From positions 1,853,541-1,885,540 of the forward strand of contig NZ_JAPPRC010000003.1 of the NCBI RefSeq assembly GCF_026672425.1: DNA of 32,000 nucleotides. Direction: 5' to 3'. Of the stretch, positions 1 to 8,559 are shown in pieces. The notes below the pieces were generated by a model. That model was not told where the DNA came from, searched no databases, and saw only the letters and a list, made by a program, of their open reading frames with translations. How positions within the stretch are numbered: the stretch's first letter is position 1; every line of letters begins with the position of its first letter. Source of the DNA: Pannonibacter sp. SL95. GTDB taxonomy: Bacteria; Pseudomonadota; Alphaproteobacteria; Rhizobiales; Stappiaceae. The translations under genes and the position numbers were made by a program.

Positions 1-1
1 G

Positions 2-340
2 ACGCTGCTGACCGGCTGCCGGCAGGAGATGGAGATCATCCGGGAAGAGGTGTTCGGTCCGGTGCTGGCGGTGGTGCGGGTGAGCGACCTCGACGAGGCC
101 CTGCGTCTCGCGAACGATCACCAGTTCGGCCTGAGCTCGGTGCTCTTCAGCAATGACCACCGCAAGGTGATGCAGATCGCCAACAGCATGGAGGCGGGCG
201 AGCTCTACGTGAACCGCTTCCCGGCCGATCCCTACCAGGGCTACCACGCCGGCTGGAAGCGCTCGGGTCTGGGCGGCGACGACGGCAAGCACGGGCTGCT
301 GGAGTTCACCCAGACCCGGCTCGTGGTGCTGGCACCCTGA
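2..340 (+). CDS. aldehyde dehydrogenase family protein, C-terminal ~112 aa only (5' end lies upstream of the window)
   Basis: The frame is open from the window edge (TLLTGCRQEMEIIREEVFGPVLAVVRV...). The EE[IV]FGPV motif and the ...GELYVNR...GWKRSGLGGDDG... tail are typical of NAD(P)-dependent ALDH C-termini. Stop at 338-340. Confidence 0.8.
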   Translation, partial: TLLTGCRQEMEIIREEVFGPVLAVVRVSDLDEALRLANDHQFGLSSVLFSNDHRKVMQIANSMEAGELYVNRFPADPYQGYHAGWKRSGLGGDDGKHGLLEFTQTRLVVLAP

Positions 341-385
341 CATGTTCTCAATTTGTTCTCACGCTCCCTCAAGCCAGGTGCGCCC

Positions 386-1603
386 ATGAAGCTCGTTTCG
401 CTCACCACCGATGTCGTCGCCGTGCCTCCGCCGCATCTGGGCGGGATGTACTGGATCTTCGTGACGCTGAAGACTGCCTGCGGGATCGAGGGCGTGGGCG
501 AGATCTATGCGACGGCCTTCCATCCCAGTGCCCTGGTGCCGGTGATCGAGGATGTGTTCGTGCGGCATCTGGAAGGGCATGATCCGCACCGGATCGAGCG
601 TTTCTGGCGCTCGGCCTATTCCAGCGGCTTCACCCAGCGCCCCGACCCGACGATGATGGGCATCGTCTCGGGGCTGGAGATTGCCTGCTGGGACATCATT
701 GGCAAGGCCGCCGGCCGGCCGGTGATGGATCTCCTGGGCGGGCAGGTGCATGAGCGGCTGCGCGCCTATACCTATCTCTATCCGAAGAACGCGGCCGGCG
801 AGTACGACTACAACGACCCGGATCTGGCGGCGGACTGCGCGGCGGAGATGGTGCGGCAGGGCTTCACGGGCGTGAAGTTCGATCCGGCTGGGCCCTACAC
901 CGCCTATTCCGGTCACCATCTGTCGCTGGGGGTGATGGAGCGCTGCGAGACCTTCTGCGCCAAGGTGCGCGAGGCGGTCGGTGCCTCGGCTGATCTCCTG
1001 TTCGGCACCCATGGCCAGATGGTGCCGTCCTCGGCGATCCGGCTCGCCAAGCGGCTGGAGCGCTTTGATCCGCTGTGGTTCGAGGAGCCGGTGCCGCCGG
1101 GACAGGAAGCGGCCATGGCCGAGGTGGCGCGGGCGACCTCCATACCGGTTGCGACGGGTGAGCGGCTGACCACCAAATACGAGTTTCACCGGGTGCTGGA
1201 GCTGAAGGCGGCCTCGATCCTGCAAATGAACGTTGCCCGGGTGGGCGGCCTGCTGGAGGCCAAGAAGATCGCCGGCATGGCCGAGGCGCAGTATGCCGAG
1301 GTCGCGCCGCATCTCTACAACGGTCCCGTGGGGGCGGCAGCCTCGATCCAGCTGGCTGCGACCCTGCCGAACTTCCTGATCCACGAGGCGATCCTCGATT
1401 TCTCCGGGTTCCATGCCGAGGTGCTGAAGACCAAGCTCACGCTGGAGGATGGCTATCTCATCCCCAGCCGCGAGCCGGGGCTCGGCATCGAGCTGAACCG
1501 GGAGGTGATTGCACGCCACACGCCCTATACGGGCACACGGCTGCACCTGCAGATGGGCGACACACCGGCGGACGTGAAACAGTTCGCTCCCGCCAAGGGC
1601 TGA
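386..1603 (+). CDS. enolase-superfamily enzyme (mandelate racemase/muconate lactonizing family, galactonate-dehydratase-like)
   Basis: N-terminus MKLVSLTTDVVAV...GVGE, then GLEIACWDIIGKAAGRPVMDLLGG, GVKFDP, LWFEEPV, ATGERL and APHLYNGP. This is the capping domain plus TIM-barrel metal-ligand pattern of the MR/MLE family. ATG 386 is preferred over the TTG at 353, but the start is uncertain. Confidence 0.8.
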   Translation: MKLVSLTTDVVAVPPPHLGGMYWIFVTLKTACGIEGVGEIYATAFHPSALVPVIEDVFVRHLEGHDPHRIERFWRSAYSSGFTQRPDPTMMGIVSGLEIACWDIIGKAAGRPVMDLLGGQVHERLRAYTYLYPKNAAGEYDYNDPDLAADCAAEMVRQGFTGVKFDPAGPYTAYSGHHLSLGVMERCETFCAKVREAVGASADLLFGTHGQMVPSSAIRLAKRLERFDPLWFEEPVPPGQEAAMAEVARATSIPVATGERLTTKYEFHRVLELKAASILQMNVARVGGLLEAKKIAGMAEAQYAEVAPHLYNGPVGAAASIQLAATLPNFLIHEAILDFSGFHAEVLKTKLTLEDGYLIPSREPGLGIELNREVIARHTPYTGTRLHLQMGDTPADVKQFAPAKG

Positions 1604-1611
1604 GACCGACC

Positions 1612-3294
1612 ATGACCGAGACTTCCCGCGCTGACCTGGCCGCTGCCGGCCGGGAGGAGTTCGACTTTGTCATCGCAGGGGCAGGCTCCGCCGGGGCGAT
1701 CCTGGCGGCGCGGCTGAGCGAATGCGGGCGCTACACGGTGGCGCTGGTGGAGGCGGGCGGCGAGGACCGCTCGTTCTGGCTGAAGATCCCGGTCGGCTAT
1801 GCCAAGAGCTACTACAATCCGGCGGTCAACTGGATGTATCGCAGCGAGCCGGAGGCGGCGCTGGGCAACCGGCAGGTCTATGTGCCGCGCGGCAAGGTGC
1901 TGGGCGGCTCCGGGGCGATCAACGCGATGATCTTCGTACGGGGCGCGCGGGAGGATTTCGACGACTGGCGGGCGGCCGGCAACCCCGGCTGGGGCCATGA
2001 CGATGTGCTGCCCTATTTCCGCAAGCTGGAAACCCACGCGCTGGGCGAAAGCCCCTTCCATGGCGGCGACGGCCCGATCCATGTGACGCCGATGCGGGGG
2101 GAGACTCATCCGACCGCGGATCGCTTCCTCTCCGCCTGCGCCGAGTTGCAGCTGCCGGCGACGCCCGACTTCAACGGCGCAAGCCTGGAAGGGGCGGGGA
2201 TCTACGACGTGAACACCCGGGCGGGCCTGCGGTCGTCCTCCGGCGTGGAGTACCTGAAGCCGGCGCGGCGGCGTAAGAACCTCACTGTGTTTACGAGGAC
2301 GCGCGCGCTGGAAGTCGTGCTCGACGCCGAGGGCCGGGCGCGGGGACTGGTGGTGCGCGCTGAGGGGGCAGGGCATGACGAGGCGGGGCAACGGCTGCTC
2401 CTGGCGCGGCGCGACGTGATCCTGGCAACGGGAGCCATCGCCACACCGGTGCTGCTGCAGCGCTCCGGGCTCGGCGCGGCGGCCCGGCTTCAGGCGCTGG
2501 GCTTACCCACGCGACGCGATCTGCCGGGCGTTGGCGCCAACCTGCAGGATCATCTGTGCGCCAGCTTCTATTTCCGCTCCCGCGTGCCGACGCTGAACGG
2601 GCCGTTCGGGTCGATCTTCGGCCAGGCGGCGCTGGCCCTGCGCTGGGCGTTGACGCGCAAGGGGCCGTTTGCCGGCAGCGTCAATCAGGCGGGCGGGTTC
2701 TTTCGCTCGCGGCCGGATGCGCTGCGGCCGAACCTGCAGCTCTACTTCAATCCGCTGTCCTACCGCATTCCTGAGGACCCGAAGAAGGGGCTGGCACCGG
2801 AACCCTATCCGGGCTTTCTCGTCGCCTTCAACTCCTGCCGGCCGACCAGCCGGGGGCGGGTGGATCTTCGCATCAATGGCGGGCTCGACGACCTGTCGCC
2901 GGTGATCCAGGGCAATTACCTCTCAACCGAGGAAGACTGCCGCGAGGCGGTGGAGGGAAGCCAGTTCGTGCGCCGGCTGATGCAGGCCCCCTCGCTTGCC
3001 GCCATCACCGAGGCGGAGATGAGCCCTTCGGTCGAGGCGCAGAGCGACCAGGAACTGCTGGAGCATTTCCGCGCCAATTGCGGCTCGATCTACCACCCCT
3101 GCGGCACGGCGGTGATGGGGCCGGACCCGTCCAGCGCTGTTGTCGATCACCGGCTGCGGGTGCATGGCGTGCCGGGCCTGCGCGTGGTCGATGCGTCTGT
3201 GTTTCCCAACATCACCTCCGGCAACATCAACGCTCCCGTGATGATGGTGGCGGAGAAGGGCGCGGACATGATCCTGGAAGACGCGCGGGCCTAG
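1612..3294 (+). CDS. GMC family FAD-dependent oxidoreductase (choline/alcohol dehydrogenase-like)
   Basis: N-terminal FAD fold DFVIAGAGSAGAILAARLSE, GGSGAINAMIFVRG, and C-terminal HPCGTAVMG...HRLRVHGVPGLRVVDASVFP...NINAPVMMVAEKGADMI. 560 aa. Confidence 0.9.
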   Translation: MTETSRADLAAAGREEFDFVIAGAGSAGAILAARLSECGRYTVALVEAGGEDRSFWLKIPVGYAKSYYNPAVNWMYRSEPEAALGNRQVYVPRGKVLGGSGAINAMIFVRGAREDFDDWRAAGNPGWGHDDVLPYFRKLETHALGESPFHGGDGPIHVTPMRGETHPTADRFLSACAELQLPATPDFNGASLEGAGIYDVNTRAGLRSSSGVEYLKPARRRKNLTVFTRTRALEVVLDAEGRARGLVVRAEGAGHDEAGQRLLLARRDVILATGAIATPVLLQRSGLGAAARLQALGLPTRRDLPGVGANLQDHLCASFYFRSRVPTLNGPFGSIFGQAALALRWALTRKGPFAGSVNQAGGFFRSRPDALRPNLQLYFNPLSYRIPEDPKKGLAPEPYPGFLVAFNSCRPTSRGRVDLRINGGLDDLSPVIQGNYLSTEEDCREAVEGSQFVRRLMQAPSLAAITEAEMSPSVEAQSDQELLEHFRANCGSIYHPCGTAVMGPDPSSAVVDHRLRVHGVPGLRVVDASVFPNITSGNINAPVMMVAEKGADMILEDARA

Positions 3295-3325
3295 GGTGAC
3301 GCGGTAGGGGCACAAACCCTCGATC

Positions 3326-3454
3326 GTCATCCCGGCCAAGCGAAGCGCCGAGCCGGGACCGGAGAGCCGACGCGTCCATGGTTCTGGGACTTCCCCTCCC
3401 GAGAGACATTGGCTCTCCGGTCCCGGGTCTCCGCTTCGCTGCGCCCGGGATGAC
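3326..3454. repeat. repeat family A, copy 1 (129-bp palindromic unit: ~42-bp imperfect inverted arms around a variable centre)
   Basis: Left arm gtcatcccggccaagcgaagcgccgagccgggaccggagagcc pairs with right arm ggctctccggtcccgggtctccgcttcgctgcgcccgggatgac. The same arms recur at 8560, 15271 and 29068. Confidence 0.8.
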
Positions 3455-3539
3455 GATGGAGAGGTCTGTCATAAAGCTGAGGCGCGTCCTGAGGGCATGC
3501 CGTCAAAACCACCGCGACAGCACGTAGACCAGTCCCGCC

Positions 3540-4460
3540 TTACAGCTCGTGGGCCCAGGGCGGGTTGGCGCCGGCGCGGGAGACGGTGACGGCGGCGACG
3601 GATGTGGCGCGGATGAGGGCGGCGGTGAGGACTGCGTCGCTCAAGGCGCCGACACCCGTCTTGGTGAGCACACCGGCTTCGGCGAGCGAGGACAGGAAGC
3701 CGGCGTTGAACGTGTCACCGGCACCGACCGTGTCCACGACCTCGACCTTGCGGGCCGGAACGGTGATGTCCTGCGTCGCCGTCAGGGCGCGGGCGCCGTC
3801 CTTGCCGAGGGTCTTCAGGACGACCTTGATACCGCCGGCGATCCAGGATTTCGCCATCGTGTCGAAATCGGAGCCGGGGGCGTACCACTCGAGGTCTTCC
3901 TCGCTGAGCTTCAGGATGTCGGCCTTGGCGAAAATGCGTGACAGACGCGCACGATAGGCCGTTTCATCGGTAATGAAACCGGGGCGGATGTTGGGGTCAA
4001 GCGCGATCACCCGCGAACCGGCCTCGCGCATCAGCAGCGCTTCCAGGGCCGTGCCGCAGGGCTCGCCGATCAGGCTGATGCCGCCGAAATAGAGCGTCGA
4101 GACGGCAGCCGGCAGGGCCGGCAGGTCGGCGGCCGTGATCATGCGGCCGGCGGAGTTCTCGTCGTAGAAGGTGTAGGTGGCGTTGCCGTCCTTCAGCCGC
4201 ACGAAGGCGAGGGTCGTCGGGCGCGGCGAGCGGATCGTCAGGTCGGTGGCAACGTTCGAGGCGGCGAGATGGGCGAGGAGCTGCTCGCCGAACAGGTCGG
4301 TCGAGACGCCATAGAGGAAGCCGGCCGGTGTGCCGAGCCGGCCGAGCGCCAGCGCCGTGTTGAAGATCGCGCCGCCGGGCACGGGCAGGAATGCAGTTCC
4401 TTCGCAGCCGATCTCTCTCGGCAGCATGTCCATCAGCGCTTCACCGCAACACAGGATCAT
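3540..4460 (-). CDS. PfkB-family carbohydrate kinase (fructokinase-like)
   Basis: N-terminus MILCCGEALMDMLPRE...GGAIFNTALALGRLG and PfkB signature DTVGAGDTFNAGFL. 306 aa. Resembles rhizobial Frk. Confidence 0.85.
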   Translation of the reverse strand: MILCCGEALMDMLPREIGCEGTAFLPVPGGAIFNTALALGRLGTPAGFLYGVSTDLFGEQLLAHLAASNVATDLTIRSPRPTTLAFVRLKDGNATYTFYDENSAGRMITAADLPALPAAVSTLYFGGISLIGEPCGTALEALLMREAGSRVIALDPNIRPGFITDETAYRARLSRIFAKADILKLSEEDLEWYAPGSDFDTMAKSWIAGGIKVVLKTLGKDGARALTATQDITVPARKVEVVDTVGAGDTFNAGFLSSLAEAGVLTKTGVGALSDAVLTAALIRATSVAAVTVSRAGANPPWAHEL

Positions 4461-4640
4461 CGGTCAGGTCCATCCAGAAAGCAGGGTCCCCCTCTTCGGG
4501 CGAGGGGTGTTCACTTGTGGTCATCACAGGGCGCTTTTTGTGCCCCGGATCCGGCAGCGACGCAAGGGCAGGAGTGCCGGTTTCCAGTCCGGTGCGGACA
4601 CGAAGCTGACCGTTGACAGGAGGCACTTTGCACGTCTAAA

Positions 4641-4654
4641 TGAAACCGGTTTCA
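4641..4654. promoter_or_regulatory. candidate LacI-family operator (perfect 14-bp palindrome TGAAACCGGTTTCA)
   Basis: Perfect palindrome 21 nt upstream of the TTG start of the first ABC permease gene, in the divergent kinase/ABC intergenic region. It fits the generic LacI/GalR operator shape (TG-AA-CG-TT-CA). A LacI gene lies at 8733-9770. Confidence 0.45.
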
Positions 4655-4674
4655 CTTTCACCTGGGAGGCGCCC

Positions 4675-5346
4675 TTGGGCTTCGACCTTTCGATCCTGGC
4701 CAAGCATGTGCCGTTCCTCCTGGAGGGGCTGTGGCTGACAACGGTGGTCTGCCTCGGCGCACTGGCGGGCAGCATCGTGCTTGGCATTGTCGTGGCCGCC
4801 TGCCGCACGGCTGCGTCGCCGCTGGCCCGGCGCCTGTCGGCGATCTATGTCGACGTGTTCCGCAACATCCCCTTCATCGTGCAGCTGTTCTTCTTCTATT
4901 TCGGGCTGCCGGAAGTCGGGATCTACATCGAGGCCGCGCCGACCGGGATCATCGCCCTGTCGATTGCCGGCGGCGCCTACACGTCGGATGTGATCCGCGC
5001 GGGCATCCTGGCCATCGAGCCGGGTATCCTGGAGGCGGCAGAGGTCAGCGGTCTTACCCGGCGCAAGATCTTCACCAAGGTGATCCTGCCCATCGCACTC
5101 AGGACCTCGATCCGCCCGCTCGGGGCGGTCTGCGTCAATCTGGTGCTGACCTCGTCGGTGCTGTCGACGATCACGCTGAACGAGCTGACCGGCTCGGCGA
5201 AGATCGTGGCGGCCGAGACGTTCCGGCCCTTCGAGGTCTATGCGGCGCTGCTGGTGGCCTATGCCTGCCTGACCTATGCGGTCTCCGGCCTGTTCGGCGC
5301 GGTGCACCGCCATGTCAACCGCCATACGGCCGGGGAGGTGGCGTGA
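4675..5346 (+). CDS. amino acid ABC transporter permease (His/Glu/Gln/Arg/opine, PAAT type)
   Basis: TTG start preceded by GGGAGG (4663-4668). Multi-TM protein with the EAA loop GILEAAEVSGLTRRKIFTKVILPIAL. The part of the ORF upstream of 4675 overlaps the kinase gene and is not permease-like. Confidence 0.85.
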   Translation: MGFDLSILAKHVPFLLEGLWLTTVVCLGALAGSIVLGIVVAACRTAASPLARRLSAIYVDVFRNIPFIVQLFFFYFGLPEVGIYIEAAPTGIIALSIAGGAYTSDVIRAGILAIEPGILEAAEVSGLTRRKIFTKVILPIALRTSIRPLGAVCVNLVLTSSVLSTITLNELTGSAKIVAAETFRPFEVYAALLVAYACLTYAVSGLFGAVHRHVNRHTAGEVA

Positions 5347-6017
5347 TGCGCTACACCGAGTTTACCCCCTATGACATCGTCTTGCTGCTGCAGGGCCTGT
5401 CGGTGACGCTTTGGCTGTTCGTGGCCTCGACGCTGATCGGCGGCGCGCTCGGGCTCGGCTTTGCGGTGGTGCGCTACTACCGGGTGCCTGTGCTGCGCCA
5501 GCTGGTGCATGGGCTTGCCGAACTCCTGAAGAACTCGCCGGTGCTGGTGCAGCTGTTCCTGGTGTTCTTCGGTCTGCCGGTGCTGATGAAGATCAACCTG
5601 ACGCCGTCGCAGGCTGCGTTGATCACCCTTTCCGGCAATACCGCGGCCTTCGTCTACGTGATTGCGGTTTCGGCCATCGAGGCGATCTCACGCGAGCAGA
5701 TCGAGGCGGCGCGGGTGTTCGGCCTGACACGCTGGACCATCCTGAGACGGGTGATCGCGCCGCAGGCACTTGCCTTTGCGATCGGGCCGCTGACGGGCCT
5801 GCTGGTCAACCAGCTGCAGGTGACCTCGCTCATCTCCGTCATCGGCGTCATCGACCTGACCAAGGTCGGCAACATCCTCAACCTGCGCACGCTGAAGCCC
5901 TTCATCGTCTGGGCTGTCGTGGGCGCGCTCTATTACCTCACCGCCAAGGCGGTCGCCTATGCCGGGTCCCGGCTGGAACGGCGGCTGCGGGCGCATACGG
6001 ACTGGAAGGGGGTCTGA
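5346..6017 (+). CDS. amino acid ABC transporter permease (second subunit)
   Basis: The ATG overlaps the preceding stop (gTGATG). Begins MRYTEFTPYDIVLLLQGLSVTLWLF..., with EAA loop IEAARVFGLTRWTILRRVIAPQAL. 223 aa. Confidence 0.85.
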   Translation: MRYTEFTPYDIVLLLQGLSVTLWLFVASTLIGGALGLGFAVVRYYRVPVLRQLVHGLAELLKNSPVLVQLFLVFFGLPVLMKINLTPSQAALITLSGNTAAFVYVIAVSAIEAISREQIEAARVFGLTRWTILRRVIAPQALAFAIGPLTGLLVNQLQVTSLISVIGVIDLTKVGNILNLRTLKPFIVWAVVGALYYLTAKAVAYAGSRLERRLRAHTDWKGV

Positions 6018-6754
6018 TGCTCTCCGTCAACGGCCTGTGCAAATCCTTCGGCACCCACAAGGTGCTCGACGGGGTCAATCTCACGCTCAATCCGGGCGAA
6101 GTGGTCTCGGTTCTGGGCGCCAGCGGCTCGGGCAAGTCGACCCTGATCCGCTGCATCAACGGTCTTGAAAAATTCGAGGCCGGGGCGATCACGGTCGATG
6201 GCTTCGATGTGGCCAAGCCAAAGGAGCTGGCGGAAGCGCGCCGCCGGTCGGCGACCGTGTTCCAGCAGTTCAACCTCTATCCGCACATGACGGCGGTGGA
6301 GAACATCGCGCTTGCCCCCGTCGAGGTGCTGAAGCGGCCCAAGGCCGAGGTGATCGCGGAAGCGCGCGCGCTGCTCGACCGGGTCGGCCTCGCGCACCGG
6401 GCCGATGCCTATCCGGCGCAGCTGTCGGGCGGCCAGCGCCAGCGGGTCGGCATCTGCCGGGCGCTCGCGATGCAGCCGCGCTATCTGCTCCTCGACGAGG
6501 TGACCAGCGCGCTCGATCCGGAGATGACGGCGGAGGTGCTGGACATCCTCAAGGTGCTGGCGACCACGGGCACGACGATGCTGTTCGTTACCCACGAGAT
6601 TGCCTTCGCCCGCTCGATCTCGCACCGGATCGTCTTTCTCGAGAAGGGCGAACTCATCGCCGACATGCCCACGGCCGATTTCTTTTCCGAACGGGGGCGG
6701 TCGCTGCCGCGCGTTGCCCAGTTCCTGTCCAAACTGCAAGGGGAAGCCCTCTGA
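6017..6754 (+). CDS. amino acid ABC transporter ATP-binding protein
   Basis: Walker A GASGSGKST, signature LSGGQRQRV, Walker B LLLDE. The ATG overlaps the preceding stop (ATGA-type coupling). Confidence 0.9.
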   Translation: MLSVNGLCKSFGTHKVLDGVNLTLNPGEVVSVLGASGSGKSTLIRCINGLEKFEAGAITVDGFDVAKPKELAEARRRSATVFQQFNLYPHMTAVENIALAPVEVLKRPKAEVIAEARALLDRVGLAHRADAYPAQLSGGQRQRVGICRALAMQPRYLLLDEVTSALDPEMTAEVLDILKVLATTGTTMLFVTHEIAFARSISHRIVFLEKGELIADMPTADFFSERGRSLPRVAQFLSKLQGEAL

Positions 6755-7677
6755 TGATCCTCATCGCCAATTCCGAGGCCTGGCCCGGCTTTGCCAAGAC
6801 GGTGGCCGCGCTGAAGGCCGGAACCTATGGCATCGACGCCATGATCGAGGGCATTGCCGAAGTCGAACGCGAACCGAAGGTGCGCAGTGTCGGTTACGGC
6901 GGCTGGCCGAACATGATCGGCGAGATGGAATGCGATGCCGGCGTGATGGACGGCACCACCCGCGAGGTGGGCTGCGTGGGCGCCGTGCCGAGCACGATCC
7001 CGGTGGCAGCGCTCGCCCGTGAGGTGATGCGCCGCCTGCCGCATGTGATGCTGACCGGGGCCGGCGCCCGCCGCTTTGCTGATGAATGCGGCTTTGTCCG
7101 CGACGACGCGCTGTTTCCCGACAGCAAGCGGGTCTGGTGGGAACGACTGGAACAGGAGCTCTCGCCCGAGGATCAGGCGAAGTTCCCGAACATCCCGCTG
7201 GTGCCGCTCAACCACACGATCACCGATCCCGAACGCGTGCGCGACACGACGGTGTTCCTGGCCCGCGATGCAGCTGGTGGTGCCCATGCTGTGACGTCGA
7301 CCTCCGGCTGGGCGTGGAAATATCCGGGCCGGCTGGGTGACAGCCCGATCCCGGGGGCCGGCTTCTATGCGGACAGCCGCTATGGCGCGGCCGCCTGCAC
7401 CCACACCGGCGAGATGACCATGCGCGCCGGCACCTCGCGCAGCATCGTCCTCGGCCTGCGCATGGGCCTGTCGCTGACCGAGGCCGTCGACCTTGCGGTG
7501 GCCGACGTGCGCGACCTGACCGGCGGCTTCATCGGCGCGCTGGTCATCCATGCCATCGACATTCACGGCAACCACCGGGTTGTCGCCCTGAATTGCCACG
7601 AGCCGATCAAGTACTGGCTGTGGCATCCCGGCCTTGCGGAGCCCGAGCACCGCGAGGCGGAACATCTGACTGCATAA
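6754..7677 (+). CDS. Ntn-hydrolase of the asparaginase-2 family (glycosylasparaginase / isoaspartyl peptidase homologue)
   Basis: Candidate autoprocessing site ...RVRDTTVFLARD... (D-T), followed by TSTSGWAWKYPGRLGDSPIPGAGFYAD...GAAACTHTGEMTMRAG. This matches the family hallmark (GRVGDSP-GAG-YAD ... TG-GE). The start is coupled to the ATPase stop. Confidence 0.8.
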   Translation: MILIANSEAWPGFAKTVAALKAGTYGIDAMIEGIAEVEREPKVRSVGYGGWPNMIGEMECDAGVMDGTTREVGCVGAVPSTIPVAALAREVMRRLPHVMLTGAGARRFADECGFVRDDALFPDSKRVWWERLEQELSPEDQAKFPNIPLVPLNHTITDPERVRDTTVFLARDAAGGAHAVTSTSGWAWKYPGRLGDSPIPGAGFYADSRYGAAACTHTGEMTMRAGTSRSIVLGLRMGLSLTEAVDLAVADVRDLTGGFIGALVIHAIDIHGNHRVVALNCHEPIKYWLWHPGLAEPEHREAEHLTA

Positions 7678-7707
7678 CCATAACCACAACCTGGAGGGTC
7701 GTGACTG

Positions 7708-8502
7708 ATGTTGAGACTGATGAAACTGGCGGGCGCCGCGCTCGCAGCAACCCTTGTGTTCACCGGTGCAGCGAGCGCCGGCAAGATCGACGAGATCCGC
7801 TCGCGCGGCGTCGTGCGCGTCGGCGTGTCGCTGGGCGGTGAGCCGATCGGCTTCCGCGACGCGCAGAACAATCCCGTCGGCTATGACGTGGACGTGGCGA
7901 CGCGTCTTGCCGAGAAGCTGGGTGTGCCGGTGGAATTCGTCGACGTGTCGGGCGATGCCCGCATCTCGATGCTGGTGTCCGGCCAGATTGACGTGGCGGT
8001 CGCCAACACCTCGGCGACGCTGGAGCGCGCCAAGACCGTCGACTTCTCGATCCCTTACAACCGGGCCGGCCTGCGCGTCATCGTGCAAAAGGACGCGGGC
8101 ATTGCCTCGCTCGATGACCTCAACGGCAAGAAGGTCGTGGTCGGTCGCGGTTCGACCGGCGAGACCTTCATGAAGGCCAAAGTGCCGGGCGCCGAGCTGG
8201 TCTACACCGACACGTTCTCGCCGGACGGCGTCCTGCTCCTGCAGCAGAAGCGCGTTCAGGCGGCCATCGAGGACTCCTCGCTGCTCGACTATCTCGCCAC
8301 CACCTCCGACAATCTGGTGACGCTGCCGGGGCTCTATTCCAATGACCCGATCGGCATTGCGGTCGCCAAGGGCGACCCGCATTTCACCCGCTGGCTGGAC
8401 ATGTTCGTCTCCGACTACATCCAGTCGGGTGCCTATGAGGCGAATTACAAGAAGTGGTGGGGTGAGGAATCCAACCCGCCGGCCCTGACGCCGCTCTGGT
8501 AA
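7708..8502 (+). CDS. ABC transporter substrate-binding protein (family 3, polar amino acid type)
   Basis: Signal peptide MLRLMKLAGAALAATLVFTGAASA. SBP_bac_3-like body (GVVRVGVS..., GYDVDVA..., GQIDVAVAN...). GGAGGG lies upstream of the ATG. Confidence 0.85.
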   Translation: MLRLMKLAGAALAATLVFTGAASAGKIDEIRSRGVVRVGVSLGGEPIGFRDAQNNPVGYDVDVATRLAEKLGVPVEFVDVSGDARISMLVSGQIDVAVANTSATLERAKTVDFSIPYNRAGLRVIVQKDAGIASLDDLNGKKVVVGRGSTGETFMKAKVPGAELVYTDTFSPDGVLLLQQKRVQAAIEDSSLLDYLATTSDNLVTLPGLYSNDPIGIAVAKGDPHFTRWLDMFVSDYIQSGAYEANYKKWWGEESNPPALTPLW

Positions 8503-8508
8503 CAGGCA

Positions 8509-8538
8509 AGGCTGCCGGTGCGATGGTGCCGGCAGCCT
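8509..8538 (+). terminator. stem-loop after the binding-protein gene (possible terminator)
   Basis: Perfect 10-bp stem aggctgccgg / ccggcagcct with a 10-nt loop, 7 nt after the stop. The downstream T tract is weak (cagtttc). Confidence 0.4.
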
Positions 8539-8559
8539 CAGTTTCAAGCAGCTGATACC

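Noticed and set aside
3227-3472. Short ORFs inside the repeats (3227-3472, 3327-3512, 8561-8818, 15205-15423, 29001-29195, 26863-27213, 28618-28986) sharing peptides such as VIPAKRSAEPGPESR or VPALCRDLSGT.SPAARN.
   Set aside because: The shared 'peptides' come from repeated palindromic DNA read in either orientation. There is no RBS or start context, and the copies occur on both strands.
4330-4674. N-terminal extensions of ORF-track entries, such as 4330-4674 before the first permease, 4731-5345, 5411-6016, 17456-17590, 23538-24290 upstream part, 24604-24714, 25422-25532 and 12794-12997.
   Set aside because: The extensions overlap the neighbouring genes, lack family similarity, and are replaced by internal starts with RBSs or stop/start coupling.
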